The notes below the pieces were generated by a model. It did not search any database and was not told the DNA's origin. It worked only from the letters and a program-made list of their open reading frames with translations. The translations under genes were made by a program, and so were the position numbers. Positions 29,079 through 38,106 of a stretch of 64,000 nucleotides of DNA are shown in pieces. Location: NCBI GenBank assembly GCA_051745305.1, contig JBNJDY010000002.1:2822-66821 (forward strand). The letters are read 5' to 3'. How positions within the stretch are numbered: the stretch's first letter is position 1; each line of letters starts with the position of its first letter. Origin of the DNA: Thermoplasmatota archaeon (GTDB lineage Archaea; Thermoplasmatota; Thermoplasmata; Halarchaeoplasmatales; Halarchaeoplasmataceae).

Positions 29079-29408
29079 TTATCTCCTTTTAATATTGATA
29101 TCCTTTTTTTTACCTGTTATCTTTTTTAACAGTTCTTTTAAAGTTTTATCCGTGATTTTACCTTGGATAGCCCCTCGCTGGGCCAGCATTATTATCTGTG
29201 ATTCTATATTTTCCGCTATCTCAGGTCTCGCAACCCTAACTCGTCCTAATCTTTCTCTTGCTTCAGGGGTCATCAGTTGTCTGAGTATAGCTTTTTTCTG
29301 AGCCTCAAGTTGTTCTTCTGATCTTTCTTGTTCTTCTTCGGTTTCTCTTTGCTCTTTAAGTTGTTGAAGTTTTTGTTTTTTAATCCTTTCTAATTCATCT
29401 TCATCCAT
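29079..29408 (-). CDS. PDCD5/TFAR19-like DNA-binding protein
   Basis: Motif LRQLMTPEARERLGRVRVARPE...GKIT. Size and gene context match the archaeal PDCD5-like family. Confidence 0.8.
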   Translation of the reverse strand: MDEDELERIKKQKLQQLKEQRETEEEQERSEEQLEAQKKAILRQLMTPEARERLGRVRVARPEIAENIESQIIMLAQRGAIQGKITDKTLKELLKKITGKKKDINIKRR

Positions 29409-29421
29409 AAATACCCTACCT

Positions 29422-29874
29422 TCAGAGATATTTAGTCAATTCAGGATCGTCTTCAGCCATATTTTTCAATATCTCATAAGCGGTATTATCTAATAAAGCC
29501 TGTCCTTTCGGGGTGATGGATCTACCTTTCTCTTCTTTTTTTACTAATCCTTCATCTTCAAGTTGCTTAAGAGCAGTCCTAACAATTGAACCAGATCCTT
29601 TAGCCACTCTACTAGGTTTAGCCCCTCTTTCTTGTTTCCCTCCATATTTTCCTCTAAGCTTGGATATACCCACAGGTCCTTGCGTGTAAACACTCCTTAG
29701 GATAGCGGAAACCCGTTTATACCACCAATCTTCTTCTAAGGGTGCCTTCTCTTTATGGATACCTGTCTTAACATATTGTGCCCAACTAGGACTCTTTATG
29801 TTATCCATATCCTTCATTTTATCGCTTACATCTTCGACTAATTTATTTGGAGGGACGTCGTATACTGTTACCAT
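29422..29874 (-). CDS. rps19e: 30S ribosomal protein S19e
   Basis: eS19 family similarity. 150 aa. Confidence 0.85.
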   Translation of the reverse strand: MVTVYDVPPNKLVEDVSDKMKDMDNIKSPSWAQYVKTGIHKEKAPLEEDWWYKRVSAILRSVYTQGPVGISKLRGKYGGKQERGAKPSRVAKGSGSIVRTALKQLEDEGLVKKEEKGRSITPKGQALLDNTAYEILKNMAEDDPELTKYL

Positions 29875-29954
29875 AATGTATTACACTCCAGCGAACTCAA
29901 TATTTGAACTTATTTAAAGGTTGTTATTAAAGATTTCCCCGTGTCAAGGGAAAA

Positions 29955-30857
29955 TCATCCATATAACTCTCCTTTCATTCTAGGTAATAGTGCATCGATT
30001 AGCGCAGATTTTATGTACCCCTTAATATCTGTTGCTTCTCCTGTTACCATCCCTACTGGATCAAAATTTTTTTCCAATTCGTCTCCAACTATTTTTAAAG
30101 ATTTGCACAGATCTAATTTATTATTCGATTGGACCCATTTATTCGGTATTTTTAATCCCGGACTACGACCGTTAGATGTAAAACCTAGTTTGTCTTTGAT
30201 GACCGCTTTCTCTACAAATAACCGTTCACATTCAAGATTTTCGCTTTCTATAGCTAGATTTATTACATAATCGATTCCATCCGGAACTTCTAAGTCATCA
30301 TCATTGAAATTCACACGACTTCTACTTATCTCACATTCGAAGAAGTCTGACATCAACTCCTTTACAGCGTAAAATTCTTCTGTAACGGTGCACTCCAAAA
30401 TGATTTTGACAGGTATTAATCTATCTCCGTATTCGTCTATCTCACCGTTTCTTATCCTTGTTGAACTTATAGGTAAAAAATCCTCTGCAACCACGGGTTT
30501 AACTTCAATTATTTTTAAAGGTTGTTCTCCTATCTTTTTTCTCTTTCTGTTGATTTTCTCGCCACGTTCCTTAGTTTCTGACGAGACAACGAGTATGTCA
30601 AAATCTCCTTCAATAGCCTTACTATAAGGATCAGATATCTTCACGATTTCCCAGTTTTCCTTACCTGCTAGGAAAGTATCTAGATTCTTTTTTCTCTCTT
30701 TATATGATTTTTCGACTTCCGGTTTCCACTCTTTCAGCATCTCATCTGAAACTAAACCGATAGTAACATCACCTTCTTCGAATGCCCTCTCGATGAGTTT
30801 AACATGACCCATATGAACATGATCGAAAGTTCCTCCCAAAATAACCTTTTTAGGCAT
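29955..30857 (-). CDS. Archaeal-type phosphopantetheine adenylyltransferase (N-terminal about 150 aa) fused to an uncharacterised C-terminal domain of about 150 aa
   Basis: GGTFDHVHMGH ... ISSTRIR cytidylyltransferase motifs. The C-terminal half has no recognisable motifs. Confidence 0.7.
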   Translation of the reverse strand: MPKKVILGGTFDHVHMGHVKLIERAFEEGDVTIGLVSDEMLKEWKPEVEKSYKERKKNLDTFLAGKENWEIVKISDPYSKAIEGDFDILVVSSETKERGEKINRKRKKIGEQPLKIIEVKPVVAEDFLPISSTRIRNGEIDEYGDRLIPVKIILECTVTEEFYAVKELMSDFFECEISRSRVNFNDDDLEVPDGIDYVINLAIESENLECERLFVEKAVIKDKLGFTSNGRSPGLKIPNKWVQSNNKLDLCKSLKIVGDELEKNFDPVGMVTGEATDIKGYIKSALIDALLPRMKGELYG

Positions 30858-30858
30858 T

Positions 30859-31047
30859 TTACCAGATTCCAGATAACTGTAAAAATATCAAGACCAAGAG
30901 TACTGCAAGGAGTATGTAGAATATGTATGTTTTCTTTTTTCTCTTTTCGATATATTCTTTGTACTCCTCTCTGCATTTTTCTGAACAAAATTTTTCATCT
31001 AAAGGTACTGGTTTACTACATATTTGACAGTGGGTATGTGGTTCCAT
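30859..31047 (-). CDS. Small zinc-ribbon (CxxC...CxxC) protein with a C-terminal TM helix
   Basis: CQIC...CSEKC followed by a hydrophobic tail. Its stop abuts the upstream gene's start. Confidence 0.4.
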   Translation of the reverse strand: MEPHTHCQICSKPVPLDEKFCSEKCREEYKEYIEKRKKKTYIFYILLAVLLVLIFLQLSGIW

Positions 31048-31088
31048 ATTTTTGTTAGATATGTTGTTGTTTTAATTATTTTCCCAAA

Positions 31089-32750
31089 TCATCTATGCCC
31101 GTATGCAACTTTATATGGTGATTTTTCAAGAATTTTTACGAATCCGTATCTCTCGAATTGAACTATATCATTCAATTCTACCTCATCTATGTTTGCTTCA
31201 ACGATACCTTCGTCATAACTCCCATCAGGTTTTTCAACTTCACATTTTTCTCCATCGGGAAGCCACTGGATCTTTAAGATATCTTTATTTGCTATGTCTG
31301 TAACATATCCTTTATGGCCTTCAAGCTTTATGTTACACAAGTTTTTCAACCGAACTTCTTTCCCTTCGTTCTCGTTCCAATCCTTTTTAGATATTATCAA
31401 TTTTTTGTCCACTTTGATTTTTCTATTTCCACGGTCTGAAAAATCAGGATGTCTAGGTATCTCGGCTTCATCGATATCTAATTCCCCTATCAACTCGATT
31501 TCAACAGGGTCTTTAACGAAAAAGTACCTATTAGCTTCTTCATCTATTAATTCTCTATTTTTAGCATACAATTTTGATGCAGGTACTTCGATATCTGTTT
31601 TTGACATTCCAAAATCTAAAATAAAATCTCTAATAGCATCTGGCTGTATGCCTCTTCTTTTGAGAGACTGTAAGGACCAGGTTCTAGGGTCATCCCAACC
31701 CCTCAGGTCTCCTTCTTTAATCTGCTGCTGGAATTCACTTTTACTCAACCTGACATCCCGTAATCGTAACATACCGTAATGTAAAAATTCACATTTATCC
31801 CAACCAAACAGATCCCAGATATATTCCTCCATCTTATCTTCCATAACAAGGTCTTTACCTCTCAAAATGTGAGTCATACCCAATAAATGATCATCGATAG
31901 CCCATGAAAACTCTAACAGTGGCCAAACATGATATTTATTACCTACTCTAGGGTGTTCTTGATTCGATACTCTGAACAAAACACGGTCTCTAAAAGCGGG
32001 ATCCGGATACTCCATATCAGTTTTCAGCCTAAGGGTGACTTCGCCTTCTTCAAACCCTCCTTCCAACATCTTGTTCCATTTTGCAAGGTTCTCTTCAACA
32101 GTTCTAGATCTATGTTCACATTCTATACCCTTTTTACGATTATTCCTTAATTTCTCAGCACTGCACTCACAGACGTATGCCTCACCCATTTCGATAATTT
32201 TTTGACCATATTCGTAGTATCTTTCCATCCTTTTAGACTTATAATGGGTCTCATGCCATTCCACCCCCAGCCATTCTAAACCCCCTTTTATCAAATCAAA
32301 AGCCTCTATGAGGGGTTTTTTCTTCTCTGAGCCTATAGTATCATCATAAAACAGAACCAATTTTCCATCATTCCTTTTGACGTACTCATCGTTAAGTATC
32401 ACCATACGAGAATTACCTATATGTAATGGCCCACTTGGATATGGAGCCATCCTCATTACTATATCTTCGCCCTCGATATTTGGTAATCTATTGATTTCCT
32501 CCTCATCTTTTTCTTCGAAGTACTCGGGCATCTTCTTTTTTAATCGGCTAGTCTGCTCATCGAGGGATAATTTGTTTACTTCATTTACAATCTGTTCAAC
32601 CAGTTCTTTAGTACCTGTAGGATCTTTTCTACATTTCTCTGATTCTCCCATAACCTTTCCCATAACAGGTCCGACCGTTGCCTCCCCATCGAATTTTACT
32701 GCATTTTTCAAAGCGTATTTTCTGATTATTGTTTCCTTTTCGTTAGACAT
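31089..32750 (-). CDS. gltX: Glutamyl-tRNA synthetase (archaeal type)
   Basis: Class I HIGH motif (PSGPLHIGN) and archaeal GluRS length (553 aa). Confidence 0.9.
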   Translation of the reverse strand: MSNEKETIIRKYALKNAVKFDGEATVGPVMGKVMGESEKCRKDPTGTKELVEQIVNEVNKLSLDEQTSRLKKKMPEYFEEKDEEEINRLPNIEGEDIVMRMAPYPSGPLHIGNSRMVILNDEYVKRNDGKLVLFYDDTIGSEKKKPLIEAFDLIKGGLEWLGVEWHETHYKSKRMERYYEYGQKIIEMGEAYVCECSAEKLRNNRKKGIECEHRSRTVEENLAKWNKMLEGGFEEGEVTLRLKTDMEYPDPAFRDRVLFRVSNQEHPRVGNKYHVWPLLEFSWAIDDHLLGMTHILRGKDLVMEDKMEEYIWDLFGWDKCEFLHYGMLRLRDVRLSKSEFQQQIKEGDLRGWDDPRTWSLQSLKRRGIQPDAIRDFILDFGMSKTDIEVPASKLYAKNRELIDEEANRYFFVKDPVEIELIGELDIDEAEIPRHPDFSDRGNRKIKVDKKLIISKKDWNENEGKEVRLKNLCNIKLEGHKGYVTDIANKDILKIQWLPDGEKCEVEKPDGSYDEGIVEANIDEVELNDIVQFERYGFVKILEKSPYKVAYGHR

Positions 32751-32806
32751 GGTTCATCAATTAAACAAGAGGGTATTTTATTATTTTCCTATATTAGAAA
32801 ATTCTA

Positions 32807-33529
32807 TCAATCGGAAAGAGGTTTAACGAAGATATCTTTTATTATCCCCCTTTCCATGGCTATATCTGTTTCTCCAGACCTGATCACATAGACTGGCTTT
32901 TTCTGATGGAGTTCTATTACAGACCCAGGTCCGATGTCATACGACAAAAGTTTATGTAATCTTGGATGACTCTTTGTATGAATATATGCTATCTCAACTT
33001 TTTTCCCAACAGGGATCTTCGTCAAAGGCATTATAGCTGGTTTGATCGTTTCTCTTCCCTTTCTACAACATTTTCCTGAGGGTATAGGCATACCATGTGG
33101 ACATTCTCTTGGATGGCCTAACAAAGTACATATCCTTTCAGTCACTTCTTCAGATAAAAGGTGTTCAAACTCGCAAGCAGGTTTTTCTACTTCTTCTTTG
33201 CCCATATCCAAAACATCGACTAAAAGACGCTCTGCTAAACGGTGTCTTCGGACTATATCTCTAGCCTTATTATGCCCCTTATCGGTTAATTTTACTTTTT
33301 CATTGTAAACCTTAGCCAATCCTCTCTTTTTAAGCTCTTTAAGGACTGAATCAGTAACTTTTTCCCGATAACCATGACGGAATCGTTTCCTGTGATTAAA
33401 TTTCATACCTTCCTCTTTATCGGTCAGTCTTTCTTTAAAACTCTCTTTATCTCTCTTACCCTCTTCCTCTAGGGTCCAAAGTATTTCTAGTGCTTCATCT
33501 ATTTCTATCTTTGTTATTTTATCGTTCAT
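32807..33529 (-). CDS. DtxR-type HTH regulator fused to a C-terminal FeoA (SH3-like) domain
   Basis: N-terminal wHTH-like region. The C-terminal VGKKVEIAYIH...GSVIELHQK...VYVIRSGETDIAMERG is a FeoA pattern. Its start overlaps the preceding stop (ATGA). Confidence 0.65.
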   Translation of the reverse strand: MNDKITKIEIDEALEILWTLEEEGKRDKESFKERLTDKEEGMKFNHRKRFRHGYREKVTDSVLKELKKRGLAKVYNEKVKLTDKGHNKARDIVRRHRLAERLLVDVLDMGKEEVEKPACEFEHLLSEEVTERICTLLGHPRECPHGMPIPSGKCCRKGRETIKPAIMPLTKIPVGKKVEIAYIHTKSHPRLHKLLSYDIGPGSVIELHQKKPVYVIRSGETDIAMERGIIKDIFVKPLSD

Positions 33530-33696
33530 CTTTCATCGACTCCCGGTATAAATTCATAACCACAATTAGGGCATTTAACCATATTACAACCACCACCCAT
33601 TGGACAGGATTGGCAGGCTGTTACCGAGCCTTTTTCAAATTCATTTCCACAGAGCGGACATTTATGTTTATCCTGAGTATTATTTTGTTTACTCAT
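33526..33696 (-). CDS. Cys-rich small protein (about 56 aa) within the Feo operon; not in the ORF track
   Basis: Manual translation gives MSKQNNTQDKHKCPLCGNEFEKGSVTACQSCPMGGGCNMVKCPNCGYEF... ATGA overlaps occur at both ends (with feoB upstream and the DtxR-FeoA gene downstream). Confidence 0.5.
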   Translation of the reverse strand: MSKQNNTQDKHKCPLCGNEFEKGSVTACQSCPMGGGCNMVKCPNCGYEFIPGVDER

Positions 33697-35654
33697 ATTA
33701 GGCCCCCAAATAATTTTGTAATCTGATTGATAACTCCACCTACGAAAAAGGCAAAAGGAATCACGAAGGCGATGATAGCTAATGCTGTTTTTATACCCCT
33801 TTCTTTGATTATCACCAGAACATTAGCTACACACGGAACGAACAGAGTAATAGAGACAACTGCCACCAGCATCTGAACATGAGTTAAACTACCAGAAAGG
33901 TCCAATATTCCAGCTGCCCCAAAATCTCTTCTTAGGAAGCCTAGAATAAAAGCTATAGATGTTTCTGAAGGCAAGCCCAACCACGAGACAACTACAGGTT
34001 CAAGTCCATTTACTAATATATCCAAAATCCCCGTTAAATTTGCGACACTGATCAAAAAAGTACCTAAAATGAATAGGGGTACCAATTCTTTAAAAAACAT
34101 AGCAACCTTATAATAAGTTTTTCTCAGAACATTGTCCCATTTAGGGATCCTCAGTGGTGGTAATTCCATTATAAAATCACCTCTACCTCCAGGTAAGATT
34201 TTTGAGGCCGCCCAAGCGACGAATAATAACTGGGAGAAGATGATCCCGGCCCACACGAAAAAGTAGTAAAATGGAAGTGTAGCCATGATCGCGAATAATA
34301 CACCTAATTGAGCAGAACATGGAATACCAAGTGCTAACATGGTTGTTGCTATAATTCTTTCTTTTTTCGTGTCTAAAACCCGGGTAGTCAAAGTGGCCAT
34401 GGTGTCACAGCCGAATCCTAGAACCATCGGTAATACAGCTTTTCCATTTAAACCAACCCGTCTAAAACCTTTATCAGCCATGGCCGCTAATCGAGGTATA
34501 TAACCAACATCTTCAAGTATCGAAAATGCCAGGAAAAATGTGGTGATGATAGGCAGTATCAAAGCGATAGCCCAGGTTAAACCTACAGTTATAACTCCAA
34601 ATTCACCTACTAAAATTCTCGATGCAAAGTTCCTTCCCATGGATTCATAAATAAAATCCTTGATATATGGATTGATATACTCCCCAAATATTATCCCTTC
34701 GAAAAAATCTACCAATACCTGTGCTCCTATAAAACCTACGAACTGATATAAAAGAAACACGACCCCGATAAATATAGGGATACCAGTAAGGGGTTTCATC
34801 GTTAGATCATTTATCTTTTCCTTGAACGTGGTTTTCTCGATTTTTTCTTTACTGATGTACTTAGATACTATTTCTTCAGCTTTCCTTCTAATTGCTAATG
34901 TGATAATATAACTTAAATCATGGCTAAATTTTCTATGCAGTCTATTAAGAATTTCTTCTGCCTTTTTCCTCTCTTTCTCGCCTATCTTTTCATCGATAAA
35001 ATCCCTCATCTCACCTGGGGATGATAAAAATAGGAGTGCAGTTCCACGGTTTCCAAAGATGCTTTTTAATTCACTAAGAGCTTCTTCTATTTCCCGAGGA
35101 TAATCTGCTCTCACATCTGGAATTTTTGCTTTAGGTAGACCCTTTTTAAGTGCTGAAGTCCCCCTATGTTCAGGTGCAACGGTTGGAAAGACAGGAACGT
35201 TAAGCTCATCGGAAAGACCTTCATGATCTATATCGATCAAACGGGACTTTGCCTCATCCATCATGTTTAGATTTAAAACAGTAGGGATATCAAATTCAGA
35301 GATCTGCAGGAAAAGCATGATAGCCCTTTTCAGATTTTTAGCGTCGGCGACTTGAATTATTCTATTGGGATCACTGCCTAAGATGATATCTCTTGTAACT
35401 TTTTCATCTTCTGATATGGGAGTCAGAGATTCTGCCCCAGGGGTGTCGATTATAGTTTCTTTTTTCGTACCTATCCTGGTATCCCCAAGACTGACTTCAA
35501 CAGTTGTACCGGGATAATTAGAAACATCTCTGTACTTCCCTGTAAGACTTGAAAATATAACTGATTTACCAACATTAGGGTTACCAACAAGAACAGAAAC
35601 GTTCTCATCAGGGTCTATACCCAAAGCCTTTCTTGCATACTTAATTTTAATCAC
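33693..35654 (-). CDS. feoB: Ferrous iron transporter B (N-terminal GTPase plus a polytopic permease)
   Basis: G1 motif GNPNVGKS, G-domain motifs, then about 10 TM helices. 653 aa. Confidence 0.9.
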   Translation of the reverse strand: MIKIKYARKALGIDPDENVSVLVGNPNVGKSVIFSSLTGKYRDVSNYPGTTVEVSLGDTRIGTKKETIIDTPGAESLTPISEDEKVTRDIILGSDPNRIIQVADAKNLKRAIMLFLQISEFDIPTVLNLNMMDEAKSRLIDIDHEGLSDELNVPVFPTVAPEHRGTSALKKGLPKAKIPDVRADYPREIEEALSELKSIFGNRGTALLFLSSPGEMRDFIDEKIGEKERKKAEEILNRLHRKFSHDLSYIITLAIRRKAEEIVSKYISKEKIEKTTFKEKINDLTMKPLTGIPIFIGVVFLLYQFVGFIGAQVLVDFFEGIIFGEYINPYIKDFIYESMGRNFASRILVGEFGVITVGLTWAIALILPIITTFFLAFSILEDVGYIPRLAAMADKGFRRVGLNGKAVLPMVLGFGCDTMATLTTRVLDTKKERIIATTMLALGIPCSAQLGVLFAIMATLPFYYFFVWAGIIFSQLLFVAWAASKILPGGRGDFIMELPPLRIPKWDNVLRKTYYKVAMFFKELVPLFILGTFLISVANLTGILDILVNGLEPVVVSWLGLPSETSIAFILGFLRRDFGAAGILDLSGSLTHVQMLVAVVSITLFVPCVANVLVIIKERGIKTALAIIAFVIPFAFFVGGVINQITKLFGGLI

Positions 35655-36084
35655 CTTCTACTGGACATTCTTCAAAATCACATGGAGGGATCTTTTTTCC
35701 ATGTGGACATTTTTCTGGTGCTCCTAACCTCTTGCACATCTCATCTATCATCTCTTCATCGAAGATATGTTCCATCTGACATGCTTTCTCATGAAGTCGA
35801 TCCCGATCCAAAGAAAAATATTTTTTTAAAAATACTTCCAAAACTCTATGTGTTCTTACGATATTTTTACCTAAGCTCTCTCCATCCTCAGTTAATTTAA
35901 CACCATAATACGGAATATATTCGATATAACCTTCTTCTTCTAATACTGGGAGGACTTCTGTTACAGTAGGAGGAGATAGACCCATCTTATCTGCGATTTC
36001 ACCCGTCTTTACATTTTCTTTTTCTCTTTCAAGAGATAATTTATAGATGTTCTCTAAATATTCCTCGCGAGTCTCTTTATTCAT
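35647..36084 (-). CDS. DtxR/MntR-family metal-dependent transcriptional repressor
   Basis: N-terminal wHTH (ENIYKLSLEREKENVKTGEIADKMGLSPPTVTEVL) plus a metal-binding/dimerisation region. It overlaps the feoB start by 8 nt. Confidence 0.8.
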   Translation of the reverse strand: MNKETREEYLENIYKLSLEREKENVKTGEIADKMGLSPPTVTEVLPVLEEEGYIEYIPYYGVKLTEDGESLGKNIVRTHRVLEVFLKKYFSLDRDRLHEKACQMEHIFDEEMIDEMCKRLGAPEKCPHGKKIPPCDFEECPVEGD

Positions 36085-36191
36085 CGTTTTAACTTAATGC
36101 ACCGTTTTTATTAAACTTTTTGGTTGACCTAAATATTTGATTTTGCGATTATCTACTCTTATAAAAGATACTATAGTAAATAGAAAATTGA

Positions 36192-36291
36192 TAGCGGGGA
36201 GTGGATTTGAACCACTGGTCTCCGGGTTCCTCAGGTGCTTTATCATGCACCATATGAGCCCGACGGGTTTTCCTAGCTACCCTACCCCGCT
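36192..36291 (-). tRNA. tRNA-Met (anticodon CAU) with initiator-type features and a 25-nt intron after position 37
   Basis: Cloverleaf acceptor AGCGGGG/CCCCGCU with an A1:U72 pair, anticodon stem UCGGG/CCCGG (three G-C pairs), loop CUCAUA, T-arm AGUGG-UUCAAAU-CCACU. The intron UGGUGCAUGAUAAAGCACCUGAGGA is required to close the anticodon stem. No encoded CCA. Confidence 0.75.
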
Positions 36292-36389
36292 CTGTTGGTA
36301 AAATCAGGAACTACTAACTTCTGGGATTCCTATATTAGGATGCATTTTATAAATCTTTCTATCCATATAGCTCTTTTAAACGCCTCTAT

Positions 36390-38105
36390 TTAAGTCCTTT
36401 TAAACATCTTGTCTAGTTCTTTGGTCGTATAATTGATAATTGTCGGTCTTCCATGAGGGCATGTATATGGTATCTCAGTATTACCTAATTCCTGAATTAT
36501 TTCTTTAGCTCTCGTAAGTGATAAGTTATCACCAGCCATAACGGAAGATCTACAGGCCATATATTTGATCAGTTCTTCTTTCCTTTCTTCTAAACTGCTG
36601 TTTTTTAAATCGGATAATTCGTCTAAAATCGAGTAGATAATCTCTCCCTCTTGTATCTCACCTAACACGACTGGCATTCCTATTACTCTGAAGGTCGATT
36701 TACCAAAAGATTCGATTTTGAAACCTAGTTTTCCTAAAAGGTCTTTATTTGCCTTGATAAGCGCAGATTCACGTGGTTTAACTTCAATTGTCTTGGGAGA
36801 TAATAAGTCTTGACTTCCGATCTTATCGTCATATTTCATTTTCAATCTTTCATAGTTGATCCTCTCATGTGCTGCATGTTGATCTATCATAGATAGACCG
36901 TTGGGTGTTTCTGCTAAGATATATGAGTCTTTGAGTATCCCTAATATTTTCATGTCCGGTAATTTTGATCCCTGGACATCAACTTCTTCCTTTAAGTTAA
37001 GAGTCCTTTGGGAATAACTAAAATCAGATGAATACTCAATCTCCTCAGAATATTTTTCTTTTTCCTCTTTTTCGTTAAAAACATTTTTAGCGTGCTTATC
37101 TGGAGTCGGTACAAGGTCGTGCTCTATAAGCGTAGATTTGACAGCACTACTAATTTCTTCTTTAACTTTTTTTTCATCCTGAAACCTAATTTTGGTTTTC
37201 GTTGGGTGTACATTCACATCGATATCATTTCCAGGGATTGAGATATCGATCACTGTGATTGGATAACGTTTTCTTGGAAGTAGTGTTTTATAGCCTTCCA
37301 TAACACTGTCCTTTAAAAGAGTGTTTTCTACGAATCTACCATTCACATAAGTGTAGATATGTTTTCTACTTGACCTTGTAACTTCAGGTTTACTCAGAAA
37401 ACCATCTATAGAAATATAATCACTTTTAAGGTCTATGTTCACCATCTTTTTGGCGATATCTACACCGTAAATCGATTTTATATTTTGTAATTTAGAATTT
37501 GCCTTTGGCACGAAAAAAATCTCATTCTCATTATGACTTAAGGTAAACTGTACTTCTGGTTTAGATAGTGCGTTCCTCGTAACGATGCTTGTAACATGGG
37601 CCAATTCTGTATTGGTCTTATTTAGATACTTTCTCCTAGCAGGAGTATTGTAAAACAAATCTTTTACTTCTATAGTTGTTCCAACAGGGCAACCAACGGT
37701 GTCTATATTTTTTATTTCATCACCGTGGATTATTATTTCAACTCCTTCTAAATTATCTGCCTTTTTGGTTTTAGCTTTGACTTTTGATACCGCAGCTATA
37801 CTTGGTAGAGCTTCTCCTCTAAAACCTAAACTACTTAGATCGTTGAGGTCATCGATATCATTTATCTTACTAGTTGCATGTTTTTCGAAGGCCAGTTTCA
37901 CCTCTTCTTTTGCCATGCCGGTTCCGTTATCCTTTACAAGAATACGATCTTTTCCACCATTATCAACTTCAATATAGATCTCATCTGCCCCAGCATCTAG
38001 AGAATTCTCTATAAGCTCCTTAACCACTGAAGCTGGTCGTTCGATGACCTCCCCAGCAGCTATTTGATTTACAGTTCGAGATGATAATTTTTTAATTTTA
38101 GACAT
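36390..38105 (-). CDS. mutL: DNA mismatch repair protein MutL (start taken at MSKIKKLSSRTVNQIAAGEV)
   Basis: GHKL ATPase motifs (NQIAAGEVIERPASVVKELIENSLDAG). The C-terminal domain includes an endonuclease-like motif. The start lies 1 nt after the mutS stop. Confidence 0.85.
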   Translation of the reverse strand: MSKIKKLSSRTVNQIAAGEVIERPASVVKELIENSLDAGADEIYIEVDNGGKDRILVKDNGTGMAKEEVKLAFEKHATSKINDIDDLNDLSSLGFRGEALPSIAAVSKVKAKTKKADNLEGVEIIIHGDEIKNIDTVGCPVGTTIEVKDLFYNTPARRKYLNKTNTELAHVTSIVTRNALSKPEVQFTLSHNENEIFFVPKANSKLQNIKSIYGVDIAKKMVNIDLKSDYISIDGFLSKPEVTRSSRKHIYTYVNGRFVENTLLKDSVMEGYKTLLPRKRYPITVIDISIPGNDIDVNVHPTKTKIRFQDEKKVKEEISSAVKSTLIEHDLVPTPDKHAKNVFNEKEEKEKYSEEIEYSSDFSYSQRTLNLKEEVDVQGSKLPDMKILGILKDSYILAETPNGLSMIDQHAAHERINYERLKMKYDDKIGSQDLLSPKTIEVKPRESALIKANKDLLGKLGFKIESFGKSTFRVIGMPVVLGEIQEGEIIYSILDELSDLKNSSLEERKEELIKYMACRSSVMAGDNLSLTRAKEIIQELGNTEIPYTCPHGRPTIINYTTKELDKMFKRT

Positions 38106-38106
38106 C

